Assembly (NCBI GenBank): GCA_000004695.1
Contig: CM000154.2
Location: forward strand, 3,488,001-3,552,000
Length of the DNA: 64,000 nt
Direction of reading: 5' to 3'
Source of the DNA: Dictyostelium discoideum
Taxonomy: Eukaryota
Below are positions 28,610 through 40,639 of this stretch, one piece after another (position 1 is the stretch's first letter; every line of letters starts with the position of its first letter). Both the position numbers and the translations under genes were made by a program. The notes below the pieces were generated by a model. It saw only the letters and a program-made list of their open reading frames with translations, was not told the origin of the DNA and did no database searches.

Positions 28610-30414
28610 GTAATAATAATAGTAATAATAATGGCAATGGTAACAGCAACAGCAATAGCAGTAATAATAATAATACAGTACATCCAGCTAGAACACCAAC
28701 CCCACCACAATCTAGTGGCAATTCAACATCACCATCACAACATTGTAGATATTTCACCCAAGGTTATTGTAGTAAAGGAAGTAAATGTAACTTTGTACAT
28801 GACAGTGAAACTTCCTCTGAAAAGGTCGAAGAAAAACAACAAAATGTATCACCAATTACATCCACAAATAATAATAATAATAATAGTAGCAGTAGTAATA
28901 ATAACACCAATACTAATAATAACCACAACAATAGTAATAATAATAATAATAATAGCGTAAATAATAGTAATAGTAATAGTAATAGTAGTAATAATAATAA
29001 TAACAATAATAATAATAATAACAATAATAATAATAATAGTAATAATAATAATAGTAATAATAGTAATAGTAATAATAATAATAAACAAAATAATAGAAAT
29101 AATAATAACAATAATAATAACAGTAATAATAATAACAATAATAGCAATAATAATAGTACAAATAGTAATAATACACAAAATAATAATAATAATACACAAT
29201 CAAGAAAAAGTTTACCAGTTGAACTTCAACCAAGTAATATTATGCAATTAACAAAAGTTCAACCACATAGTAAACAACAACAAGGTGGTAGAGGTAGAAA
29301 TAATCCAATGATGCAAAATCAACAACAAATGGCACAACTTTCTATTACTAGCCCACCAATTACAGATCCAATCACAAGTGATATAAGTAAAAAGATTGAT
29401 TTGATTGCAAACAAGACCTATACATCTATTGATCAAGTAATGGGATCCATTTATCCATTGTGTCGTGATCAACATGGTTGTCGTTTCCTTCAAAAGAAAT
29501 TGGAGGAGAGTGACCTTCAATTGACAGAGATTATCTTTAAGGAAGTTTGTGATTATATGTTGGAGTTGATGACCGATCCATTTGGTAACTATTTATGTCA
29601 AAAACTTTTAGAGCATTGCAATGATCGACAACGTCTTACTATCATTGAAAAGGTTGGTACTGACATTGTTCGTATCAGTATGAATATGCATGGTACACGT
29701 GCCGTTCAAAAGATGATTGAATACCTCACCACACCTGAACAGATTCAATTGATTAAGCGTTCCCTCAAGGATAGTGTCGTACCTTTGATTCAAGATCTCA
29801 ATGGTAATCATGTCATTCAAAAATGTTTAAATAAATTATCACCACAAGATAATCAATTCATCTATGATGCTGTCTCTAGTGATGGTAGTTGTATTGCCGT
29901 TGCCACCCACAGACATGGTTGTTGTGTCCTTCAAAGATGTATCGATCATGCTTCAGAGTCTCAAAAACTTCAATTGATTCAAGAGGTCATTGCAAACTCT
30001 TTGGTTTTGGTTCAAGATCCATATGGTAACTATGTGGTACAATATGTTTTGGACCTCCCATTCCAAGGCTTGGCCACCGAAATGGCAAAACGTTTCGTTG
30101 GTCATGTTCCAATCTTGGCAACTCAAAAATTCTCTTCAAATGTTGTCGAGAAATGTTTACATGTTGCCGATGCAATCACTCGTGGTTACTTAATTCAAGA
30201 AGTCATAGATTATGATAACCTTTTACACCTTTTACAAGATCCTTACGCAAATTATGTAATCCAAACTTCTTTAACAATCTCTGAACCACATCAACATACT
30301 AAATTGGTTGAAGCTATTCGTCCACATTTACCATTATTAAAGAATACTCCATATGGCAAACGTATTCAAAATAAAATTATTAAAGAAGGAAGAGATACTT
30401 ATAATTTTAATTAA
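27224..30414 (+). CDS. Pumilio/PUF-family RNA-binding protein with a CCCH zinc finger and long poly-Q/poly-N regions, 2 exons (27224..27526, 27607..30414)
   Basis: Exon 1 (MINEEEEDDEF...AFFQE) ends in phase 0 at a GTTTGT donor (27527). The acceptor is ..ctatag at 27606. Exon 2 begins YFKQPVLNIPQ, and the track 'M' at 27625 is a TTG codon. C-terminus has eight PUF repeats, including FGNYLCQKLLE, HGTRAVQKMIE, NGNHVIQKCL, HGCCVLQRCIDHA, YGNYVVQYVLD, SSNVVEKCL and YANYVIQTSL. The segment CRYFTQGYCSKGSKCNFVH fits C-x7-C-x5-C-x3-H. All minus-strand track ORFs within 27601..30193 are antisense repeat artefacts. Confidence 0.75.
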
Positions 30415-30716
30415 TCAAAAAAAAAAAATTATCAAAAAAAAAAAAAAAATTATCCAAAAAAAAAAAATAATAATAATATAAATTAGTCAATTAAAAGAAA
30501 AAAAAAAAAACAGTTAAAAAAAAAAAAGAAAAAGAAAAAAAAAGAAAAAAAAAGAAAAAAAACCCCCCTCCCTGTTGTTGTACCACTTACATATATTTAT
30601 AAAATCGAAATTATAATTTAGTCTAATTTAGAGAACTCGTAAAACAAATAATTATTGGTCTTTAAACAAAAAACCCCAAACCAAAAAAAAAAAATCCTTG
30701 TTGTAACTTTTTTTCT

Positions 30717-30752
<36 letters not shown>

Positions 30753-31885
30753 AATAAAACTTTTTTTTAAATTTTACTAAATAATTATCACATTGTATTA
30801 CTTTATTTTTAATTTTTATATATTTTTTTTTTTTTATTGCACCATTACACTTTCTCTTTTATCTTTTTTTTAATTTTTATTTATTTTTTTTTACCAGGAT
30901 AATGATGATTTTTAATTATTTATTTTTTTTTTTTTATTTGTTTTTTTTATTTTTTTTTGGTGTGTGGTTAGATATTTAAATTGTTTAAAGTTAATTTTTA
31001 TATGATTCTAACAATTATTAGATGAATTATTATTTGCAAAAAAAAAAAAATTGAGAAAATATTATTAAATTGTTTTTCAAATTTTACAAATAACACAATC
31101 AATTCTTTCTATTTATGAATAGAGTCATCTTTTTTTTTTTTTTTTTTTAAAAAATTTTAAAACTATTTAAACAAATTGAGAAAAAAAAAAAAAAAATCAA
31201 AAACAATCAATCAATTATTTAATAATTTTATATTTATATAATAAACTTAAAATATTTTTCTCTATAAAATGATATATGGTAAGTTTAGTCCAAAAAAAAA
31301 AAAAAAAAAAAATAATGATTAATTATATTAATTAATTAATTAATTAATTTAGAATCAATAAAAAATATAAATTTTTTTACAAATAAAAATAATTATAATC
31401 ACATTTTCAATAAATCAAATTATTATTTTTTTAATTCAAATAATACGGTAGCTTCAAATGAAATTAATCAAAAAACAATTAGAGTTGTATTTTCAAGACC
31501 ATGTTGGGGAGTTTAATATAAATATAGAAATGGTTAAAAAAAAAATATGTAAATAGTGTAAATAAAATTTTAAAACGAAACTTTAACATTAAAAAAAGAA
31601 ATGTTGACGTGAAATTAATTTCAAAAAATAATAATAAATTATATTTGTTTTATTTAATTTATTATAAATTATAAAAATTTCAATAAAATTATTTGATTAT
31701 TTAAAATTAAAAAATATTAAAAAACCTAAAATATAAAAAAAATTGATCATTCCACTTTTCAAATTTCATTTAAATAATTGAGGAACCAAATCATGTTTAT
31801 ATTCCTCCACATTTTATAAAATTTTCATTGTTTAAAAAGCTTCAACTCCTATTGAAATAGAATTATTTAGTTGCCACTTGTTTTA

Positions 31886-31934
<49 letters not shown>

Positions 31935-32071
31935 ATTCATAATCTTTAAATAAAAATTATTTTCTTTAGATTTTTTTTTTTTTTTTTTTTTTTGTGTATA
32001 ATTATATTTATTTTTTAACACCCAGATTTTATAATTATATATATTTTTATTATTATTATTATTATTATTCA

Positions 32072-32108
<37 letters not shown>

Positions 32109-33272
32109 GATTATTATTATAATTATTATTTTTTGGTTTGGTTTTGTTTATTATGAAAAAATTCTTTTAAAATTAACTTATAATTTAATTTTTCATTGTA
32201 TTTTAAACAGTTTTGATAAAAACTTGTTGATGTTTTGTTTAAAATAAATTAGATTGGTTATAACCTTTCAAAAAAAAAAAAATTTTTTTTTTTTTTTTTG
32301 TTATTAAGTCTTATTTGATTTAGTTTTTTAAATAGGAAATAAATAAACTGTTTAAATTATTTTCGATTTAAATTAAAAATTGATGATTACCCAAAAAGGG
32401 AGCTATCATCATTTAAATCATTAGATATTGAATGTTTGTTAAAATAAAAAATATTTTAAACTGTGTTGATTAATTTTTTTTTTTTTTTAAAAAAAAAGGG
32501 TTAAAAAAAAAAATCTAACTTGTATGATTCTATTTTTTTTTATTGATGATAACATTTATTTACAAATATGTTTTTTTTTTTTTGTCACGAAAATTTTAAA
32601 ACACAATAAAGAAAATATAGAAAGTGTCACTGCACTTTTATGTGACTCGTCATATCAAGTAAGATTTTATTTATTTTAAACTTCTTTTTATTTTAGAAGT
32701 TTAAAATTTAAAATTTTTAAAAAAAAAAAGTATAAAAATTTATTTTTTTCTTTTTTATTATTAAAAATCAACAAAAACTAAAATAAATAAAACATAAATT
32801 ATAAAATTTTATAAAAATAAAAATAAAAATCCAAATATATATTTATAAAATGTTATTCAGTAGGTATAATAGATTAATATTTATTATTTTTCATTAAAGC
32901 AATTTATTAATATATATATATTTTTTTTTTTTAAAGATAATATTCAAACTTTTTCATTCAAAAATATCAATATCAATAATTTAAATAAAATTAAAAAAGA
33001 AACTGAAAATTCAAATTCAAATTATTCTTTAAATAGTATAAATTCCAACAAAATACAAACTAATTTATTTACCAGACCAAATTGGTCAATTTAAAATACT
33101 ATGTAAAAAAAAAAAAAAAAATCCAATAAAACCGATTAAATTATTTATTATTTAAACAATTTTTTTTTAAAAAGAATTTGAATATTTTTTAATTTGAATT
33201 TTATTTTTGTAAATTTTTTTAATTATTTAATAAAAGGATTATAATATTTTTTTAATTATTTTTCTTTTTTTT

Positions 33273-34475
33273 TTAATTATCAAAAATCAATGATGTGTCA
33301 GCATCAAGGTTATTACTGATAAAAGCAAACCCATTTATTAAACCTATTGATAGAGCACCAGTATAGAATTTCTTCAAGCCATATTGTTTGTAAACTTTAA
33401 TAGCCATTGAGATTGGATTTATAACAATAGGAATTGGTGAACCTGAAAGGTATGATTGAACAAATTCATTAGAATATTGATAACGTAACATGAATAATGG
33501 CCAATTTAAAGCGGTTGTTATGAGAGTACTTGTAATTTTGTTACAAACCAATAAAGAAAGGTTTTTATAAATTTTTGAATTTGGATTCTCTTTTTCTTTA
33601 TCTTGAATTTTCTTTTGGAGTGCTCTTTGAGAAATTTTAATTAGTTTAGTTGTTCCATACAAAAATAAACTTGGCAAGAATGCATGGAAAAGGTTCTTAT
33701 ATTGTAAACCATTACCTTGATCCTCTCTTAAAATGATCTTTTTAATGATTTGAATTAATGGCATAGAAAATGGGGCAACACTAATAACATTGGTAAGAAA
33801 TTTCAATGGATACATTAAAAGACTATATGCAGAAGCGGAAGCAACAACTTTAAGAGGTCCTTGACTCCATTTGGCACCTACAAAACCACCGAGGGCCATT
33901 TCATCAATTACAACGATTAATGTTGCAAAAACATTTTCAATTACTAGAGGTCTAACCATTAAAGAGGTGACACCACCATGTTTGTAAATTGATTTTACAA
34001 TTGATGAAAGGGTTGAATTACTTTCGAATTTTGAAAATTGACGTGTAATTAATTCGATTGGAGGATATGAAAAAAATAAAAAACCATATTTAATCATTTC
34101 TAATATTCTTTGGTTTTGTAATTTTTTAAAATTTTGTTTTTCTTGTTCACTTAATTTTTTAAAGAATTGTTCATTATAAAGTTGTCTTAGATTTGGATCA
34201 CTTAAAATATTATAAGCTTCAGTAATTATTACATTGAAATCTGTAAAGTGTTTTCTCTCCTCTGGTGATTGACTGTTATCAATAGTTCTTTGATTGGTTT
34301 TAATAATTGCAACATATGTTGCCTTTAATTCTGCTTCACTAATTTCGTGTTGTTGTTGTTGTCCATCTTGTGTAAAATATTTATACAATTCTCCTAATCT
34401 AGAACAACATTTTTGAATGGTTTCAATATCTTGATTGATATCCAAAGTTGTTTCTACTTCAATTATTTTTGGCAT
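33273..34475 (-). CDS. membrane protein with N-terminal HPD-less J-like domain and degenerate mitochondrial-carrier-like triple repeat, 400 aa
   Basis: ATG 34475 with A-rich leader. Residues ~45-115 resemble a J domain (..EAYNILSDPNLRQLY..), but the HPD tripeptide is replaced by TNQRTID. The C-terminal 250 aa contain three ~80-aa repeats with hydrophobic helix pairs and degenerate Px[DE]xx[KR]-like starts (YPPIELITR, YPLKFL, NWPLFMLR). Confidence 0.55.
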   Translation of the reverse strand: MPKIIEVETTLDINQDIETIQKCCSRLGELYKYFTQDGQQQQHEISEAELKATYVAIIKTNQRTIDNSQSPEERKHFTDFNVIITEAYNILSDPNLRQLYNEQFFKKLSEQEKQNFKKLQNQRILEMIKYGFLFFSYPPIELITRQFSKFESNSTLSSIVKSIYKHGGVTSLMVRPLVIENVFATLIVVIDEMALGGFVGAKWSQGPLKVVASASAYSLLMYPLKFLTNVISVAPFSMPLIQIIKKIILREDQGNGLQYKNLFHAFLPSLFLYGTTKLIKISQRALQKKIQDKEKENPNSKIYKNLSLLVCNKITSTLITTALNWPLFMLRYQYSNEFVQSYLSGSPIPIVINPISMAIKVYKQYGLKKFYTGALSIGLINGFAFISNNLDADTSLIFDN

Positions 34476-35289
34476 TTTTTTGTATTAATAATGATGATTA
34501 TTTAAAATTTCAAAATGGTCTGCAACTTAAAAAAAAAAAAAAAAAAAAATAACAAAAAAAAAAAAAAAAAAATTAATAATATCCACTTTTTTTTTATAAA
34601 ATATCTTTTTTTTTTTGGATTATTGGGTTTTTTGTTTTTTGTTTATGATTAGGTGTTAAAAAATATCCATTATTTTCCTTTGTTTCATTAAAATAAATAA
34701 AAAATAAAATTTAAAAAATAATTTTAAAATAGTTTTTAAGAAAATAAAAACATTTGTTTTTTTTTAAACACAGTTTGTTTTAATTTTTCCTTTATTCTAT
34801 TATTTGTTTTCTTAAATTTATTTTTCAATATTTGTTTTTTTTTTAAAAGCGTAATTTTTTTTTTTGGTTAATAATAGTTTTAAATTTTTTCTCAATAGTT
34901 TTTTTTTTTTTTTTTTTATCATCACTAAAATTAGGCATTACAGAAGAAAATACAAAATATTTTGAAAGAAAAAAATCAATACAATTAAATTTAAGGGAAA
35001 TTAAAAAATAGGATATTATTTTTTATTTTTTTTTTTATTTTTAATGTTAATTTCATTGTTATGTAAAGACACCCAATATTAATTTTTAAATAATTGTAAA
35101 AATTTAATTAAATTAAAGTTTAAAGGAATTGGAATGGTTATAAAGTAAAAATTAAAAATTAATCAAAAAGAAGTATATTTTGAAATTAAAAGTAATAAAG
35201 AAGAAATAGAAGAGGGCGATGAAATATTATTACTTTTATTAAATCTTTTTTAAAAATATAATTAATGATAATATAATCTTTTATTTTTT

Positions 35290-37475
35290 TTAAAGTTTAC
35301 TATTTATTAATGGTTTAATAGTTTCATTAAAACCTAATGGTAAAGAATTTTTATTAAATGGTTGAGTTGAAGCCCATTTATAAAGAGTTGAATAAACATC
35401 ACCATTATAAGAACCTAAAGCACTACCTAAAGTAGTATTACAGAGATCAAATGAATCAACTAGTGGTACTAAATTTGGACGTAATAATTTATAGAAATTG
35501 ATTAAACTCTTTTTTAAGAAATCAATTTGAGATAGTTCAACATATTGATCTTGAAGGAAATCAACTAAATTTGAATTAATAATCCAAATACTATAAGTTT
35601 GAAGTAATTGTATTAAAACAGTGGTTATCGATGAAGAACAACTTGAAGAATTTGAAGATAATAATAAAATTTGATCATAAAATGATTGAATTACATATAA
35701 TTGACAATGAGCTTTACTACAATGATTAATTTCAACATTAAGATCACTCCAAATTTGTGGTATATCTTTATTTCCATTACTCATTTGCTCTTGAATTGAT
35801 TCAGCAATTGATTTGATTAAAATGAATGAACGATGTTTAAAAAGTTGTAATAATGAATCTGGATGAATTATTGAATTTAAACCTTTCTCTTGAATGAATT
35901 GATTTATATTTTCAAATGATGATTGAAATTCATCATTTATATATTTAACTGATTTACCAATTGGTTTATTGTCATCATCAGCAGTGGTGGTGTCAGAACT
36001 ACCACCACCACCAGATAAAACTTTACGTAAAATAGTTAATAAATATTTTGTAGTTTGTTGTGGTAATAGATTACTTTCACCTTCAGCAGAGCTCATATGA
36101 ACATAATTTGACCAAAGATAAGGTAAACCACTAAATTGACTATAACCATGACCACCACATGATAAACGACAACTTTCAATACCATCAGAAGTTGATTGAG
36201 TCATTAAACTTTTTAAACCACTTGAATTTGCATGTAACTCTGAGAGAAGTGTAGTATCTTGATTATGTTTTACAGCTTTCATCATTTGATCAAATTCAAT
36301 TGAAAATCGTTTTCCAGTGAAAAAGTAAGCAAAAGTTTGAGCTAAATAAGGTATGATACGATTCATTTGATTTGAATATTCAATGATTTTCTTCTCTTGT
36401 TTATCTAAACGATTTGATTTAAATTGTTTTCTAATTGTAGAATAACGAATTGCAATTGTAACAGCACGTGATAAACTTACGAATGAATTCTCAATCATGC
36501 TAGATCTAACACCAACCATACCAGCATAGATCAATTTTGGATGTTTTGGTTTCTCATATTCGCCTTGTTCATTCACTCTAAAGAATCTTGATAACATATT
36601 TTCACGTGGTATTCTAACATGGTCCAATCTTAAAAATCCATTATCAATTGAATTGAATCCTAACTTTGGGCCAATATCACCAACGGTGACACCTGGCAAT
36701 GGTGAATGGTCATCTAAACTTCTAACTTGTAAAATGAATGGGTGTGGTCCATAATTTTTTAATTTACCATCAATACTTGATGGAATTAATAATTGAGCAA
36801 AAACAATAGTATGAGTTGCAAGTTTACCTAAACCACCAATCCAAAATTTAGTTGATGTCAAATTTGGTGAATTTAATTCAAATTCGCCAGTTTCTTTAAT
36901 AAAAGTACAAGTAGTTTCAATTCCTTGAACATTTGAACCATGACCAATCTCTGTTTGTGAATATGATCCAAAATATTGATAATTTTCAAATTTTGAATAT
37001 AATCTATTCATTTGTTCATCACTTGCTAATGATTTAAATGCACATGCAAATACAATATCATTAATAACGAATGGTATCTCTTCAAATAATGATTGATAAT
37101 ATTGATCACGACCAATCTCACCAAATCTTTTCTTTATTTCAATTAACTTTGATGAAACATATAATGCTCTCTTATATTGTTCTTCTCTTGATAAAAAATG
37201 AATTTCTTGTGGTTTTGAAATAATTTCATCATTATCAATAAATTTTTTAATTTCATTCTTTTTTTTTTTTTTTTTTAAAAAAAAAATTAAATTAATAAAT
37301 AAAAAATTATAGATTATTAGAAAAAATAAAATAAATTTACTTTAATATTTATAATATTATGATCATTATTATTTAAAATAAAATTTAATTCTGAAACTGA
37401 AAATGTTGATTGACTTCTTTCAAATTCTAAATCTTCATTTTTTTTTTCATTTTCATATGCTTTTGGACAATACAT
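35290..37475 (-). CDS. peroxisomal acyl-CoA oxidase, ~700 aa, 2 exons (37475..37341, 37257..35290), C-terminal PTS1 -SKL
   Basis: Acyl-CoA oxidase motifs: YSQTEIGHGSNVQGIETT and CGGHGYS. The protein ends ..LINSKL then a stop. The track ORF lacked the N-terminus. Exon 1 is MYCPKAYENEKKNEDLEFERSQSTFSVSELNFILNNNDHNIINIK (phase 0, GTAAAT donor). The acceptor is preceded by poly-A then AG at 37258, and exon 2 begins NEIKKFIDNDEII and runs in frame into the track ORF. Confidence 0.8.
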
Positions 37476-37826
37476 TTTTTTTTTATTATTATTATTTTAT
37501 TTGTATATGTTTGAAAGTTGCTTATAAAAAAAAAAAAATTGTGAAAATATTTTTTTTTTCATTTTCTCAAAAGATTTTTCTTTTTTTTTTTTTTTAATTA
37601 TTTTTATTATTTTTTTTTTTTTTCTCAAAATATCGTCATTTTAATATCAATTTGAAATAAATATCTTTTAAATTTTCAAATAATAAGATTTTAAAATCTT
37701 TTATTTTTTCAAGATAATTAATATATTATTTACTTAAAATAAATAAAATAAAATAAATAAATAAATTCTTATTTCTTTCTTTTTTTTTTTTTTTTTTTGA
37801 TTATTTTTTTATTTTTTTTTTTTTTA

Positions 37827-39203
37827 TTAATTTTTTTCATTAACTTTTAAAATATGTTTTGGAATATCATAAGAAATTAAAGTTTTATCAAAATTTGGAA
37901 CTAAATAAATTTCAGTTATTGAAGGTGGTAAAGTATCCATTGTTAATTGTTGTTTAAATGAACGACCAAGTTTTAGTGATCTTAAATTCTCTGGTAAATT
38001 TGATAAAGGTAAATTATAACTTTTTCCAAGATCTAAATAAATGATTGAATTTGGAAGTGCACCATAAACAAATGGTTTATTATAATTTGAAAATTCTAAA
38101 ATATTAACACAATCTGGTAAACAACCTGGTGAAATGATTTGATTAAATGCTTCACCAAATACTAACATACCAACTGAATTACCAATTAAACCAGGTGATA
38201 AAGGTTGATTGAATGAGTCACCAAATGTTAATGAAGCAACTGAATCTGGTATACTATTAATCGGTGGCAATTGATTATAGTTTGGGCCTAAAATAAGGGT
38301 TTTAACAGTACTTGGAATTGAACCAACTTCAAGAATTGGGTTTTTATTTGTAAAACTTTGATCAAGTGATAGCGTTGTCACCGATTCTGGAATGTCACCA
38401 ATGGTTAATGTACGACCATTAACTTCACCCAAATTTAAATCTTGTACATTCTTTGGCAACTTTTCAGCCAATAATTCAGTATTACATCTTGCCAAACGCA
38501 ATATCTCCACTGATGGGGGGATATTCACCATTTTAAAAGCAGTGTGAAAATATTGTCCGAAAATAAGTGTTTTCAAATTTGATGGCAATACATTCAGTGG
38601 TAGTGAAATTGGTGAGAATTCATCACCAAATTTCAAATAGGTGACACTCTCTGGAATTGAACCAACCTCTAAACTCTGATTGAATTTTCTACCAAATGTA
38701 ACGGATTTAGTAGTGTCTGGTATGAAACCTGTAGTTAGCTTCTTATTGAATAAATCTGTTATTGTGATCACTGTACTTTGAGTTGGAATTGATTTAATTA
38801 CATAATGTTTGAAAATCACTTGAATTATAGCTTGAGTTCTCCATACTTTATAAAATATATTTGATTTATCATCACAATGTGATTCATTGAATACATTGAA
38901 TCTTACACTATTATCTAATAAAAAGAAATTATCAATCACAATATTATTCAATATAATCTCTTCACTATCTATATAAATTGATTGTGATGATAAATCTTTT
39001 GAACTACCTTGTTTAATTTTACTTAAATCTTTTGAACTACCTTGTTTAATTTTACCTAAATCTTTTGAACTACCTTGTTTAATTTTACTTAAATCTTTTG
39101 AACTTTCTTGTTTAATTTTACTTAAATCTTTATCATCATCATTAAAATTTTCTTCTTTTTCACCATTTGTTTTCTTTTTAAAAATTTTACCAAATAATCC
39201 CAT
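37827..39203 (-). CDS. FNIP-repeat protein, 458 aa, with N-terminal 11-aa tandem repeats
   Basis: MGLFGK N-terminus is a possible N-myristoylation site. There are five copies of DLSKIKQGSSK. The rest is repeated FNIP motifs (..FGxxFNQxLxxGxIPxSVxxLxFG..), a repeat family typical of Dictyostelium. Confidence 0.7.
   Translation of the reverse strand: MGLFGKIFKKKTNGEKEENFNDDDKDLSKIKQESSKDLSKIKQGSSKDLGKIKQGSSKDLSKIKQGSSKDLSSQSIYIDSEEIILNNIVIDNFFLLDNSVRFNVFNESHCDDKSNIFYKVWRTQAIIQVIFKHYVIKSIPTQSTVITITDLFNKKLTTGFIPDTTKSVTFGRKFNQSLEVGSIPESVTYLKFGDEFSPISLPLNVLPSNLKTLIFGQYFHTAFKMVNIPPSVEILRLARCNTELLAEKLPKNVQDLNLGEVNGRTLTIGDIPESVTTLSLDQSFTNKNPILEVGSIPSTVKTLILGPNYNQLPPINSIPDSVASLTFGDSFNQPLSPGLIGNSVGMLVFGEAFNQIISPGCLPDCVNILEFSNYNKPFVYGALPNSIIYLDLGKSYNLPLSNLPENLRSLKLGRSFKQQLTMDTLPPSITEIYLVPNFDKTLISYDIPKHILKVNEKN
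38990..39130 (-). repeat. 33-nt tandem coding repeat (4-5 copies) encoding DLSKIKQGSSK units of the FNIP protein
   Basis: Plus-strand unit tcttttgaactaccttgtttaattttacttaaa is repeated head-to-tail with 1-2 substitutions per copy. Confidence 0.85.
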
Positions 39204-39472
39204 TTTTTTAGATTTTTTATTTTTATTTTTTTAATACGTATAATACAACAATGAAAAAAAAAAAAAAAAAAAAGATGAAGTTTCAAAATAAATAGAAATA
39301 AAGAGTAAGATGGTAATGAAATAAATGAAAAAAAAAAAATAAAAAAAAAGTAAAATATCCAACTGCAATTTTTTTTTTTTTTTTTTTTTAAAAATAAAAA
39401 AATAAAAAAAAAAAATAAAAAAAATAAAAAAATAATTGCAGATTCTAATCAGATTTCAATAAAAAAACGATT

Positions 39473-39507
<35 letters not shown>

Positions 39508-39672
39508 ATGATTTTTAAATGGCTAAAAATGGCTCATGATTGTTTTTTTTTTTTTTATATTTTTTTGATTGGATAATTAAATTATTTATTGTTTTTGTTT
39601 TTGTTTTATTTGAATATTTTTATTTTTAATTTTATTTTTATTTTTATTTTATTTTTTTTAAAAAATTAAAAA

Positions 39673-40128
39673 CTAATTAATTTTATTGTATAAATTTTTC
39701 TTTGATAATTGACCTAATTTATAAGACCAAAATAATGGATTGGATTTAACTTTATCATCTTTAACTATAACAATGTAGGTACCGAATCCTTTTGGAATTG
39801 AACATTGAATTGAAGTATTTGTTAATGGAATTTGATCAAAACATTGGAATGTATGTTTACGATATTGAATTGATTGAAAGTTAATACTAAGTTCTGAAAT
39901 ATTAAAGCTATCTAAATTGGAAACTGTAATATTTCCACCAGTTGGTCCAACTCTACCTAATTCTGGTTGAACTATTGCTTTGTTATCTTTATGATAAGAA
40001 TTATTATTATTATTATTACCATTATTAAAATATAAGAAAACATTTAAATCATTATTGAAACAATAAAAATAAAAATTTAAAAATATAATAAATAAAATAT
40101 TTAAAATTATAATTTTAATTTTATTCAT
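39673..40128 (-). CDS. small secreted protein with IPT/TIG-like domain, 151 aa
   Basis: Hydrophobic N-terminus MNKIKIIILNILFIIFLNFYFYC. Residues ~65-145 (NITVSNLDSFNISELSINFQSIQY..QCSIPKGFGTYIVIVKDDKVKSNPLFWSY) match an IPT/TIG beta-sandwich pattern. Confidence 0.45.
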   Translation of the reverse strand: MNKIKIIILNILFIIFLNFYFYCFNNDLNVFLYFNNGNNNNNNSYHKDNKAIVQPELGRVGPTGGNITVSNLDSFNISELSINFQSIQYRKHTFQCFDQIPLTNTSIQCSIPKGFGTYIVIVKDDKVKSNPLFWSYKLGQLSKKNLYNKIN

Positions 40129-40639
40129 TCTTTTTTTTATTTATTTATTTATATATAATAAAATTAAGATAAAATTTTATAATTTGTGGTGAAACTGTTA
40201 TTAATAATAAAAAAAAAAAAAAAAATTAAAAAAAAAAAAAAAAAAGAAATTAATAATGAAAATAATAATAATAATAATAATGTGGTATATTTTTATTATT
40301 AAAAATAAAAAATAAAAAAATAAAATAAAAATAAATTTATAAGCACATGTGTTCAAATTTTTAATTAAACCACTACCCCCTTTGATATAATTAAATTTTT
40401 TGAAATGATTATATTTGAATGTGATTAATTAAGTTTCCCACCACCTAAAAAAATTTTTTTTTTTTTTATAATTATTATTATTATTTTTTTTTTTTAATTA
40501 GTTTTTAATTTTCTTTTCTATTAATAGAATAAAACTGTTGAGAGAAAACATGTTTATTATTAGTACTTTTTTAAAAAATTAAAAAAAATTTTAATTTTAA
40601 TTTATTTTTTATTATTGTTATTATTATTAATTTAAAGGT

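Noticed and set aside
27601-30193. Many minus-strand and alternative-frame track ORFs (27601.., 27611.., 27821.., 28055.., 28509.., 28631.., 28764.., 28849.., 28913.., 29248.., 29608.., 29987.., 29990..)
   Set aside because: All lie inside the PUF gene and are antisense or frame-shifted readings of (CAA)n/(AAT)n repeats (poly-L, poly-V, poly-Y, poly-I products) or of ordinary coding sequence. The sense frame has clear Pumilio repeats.
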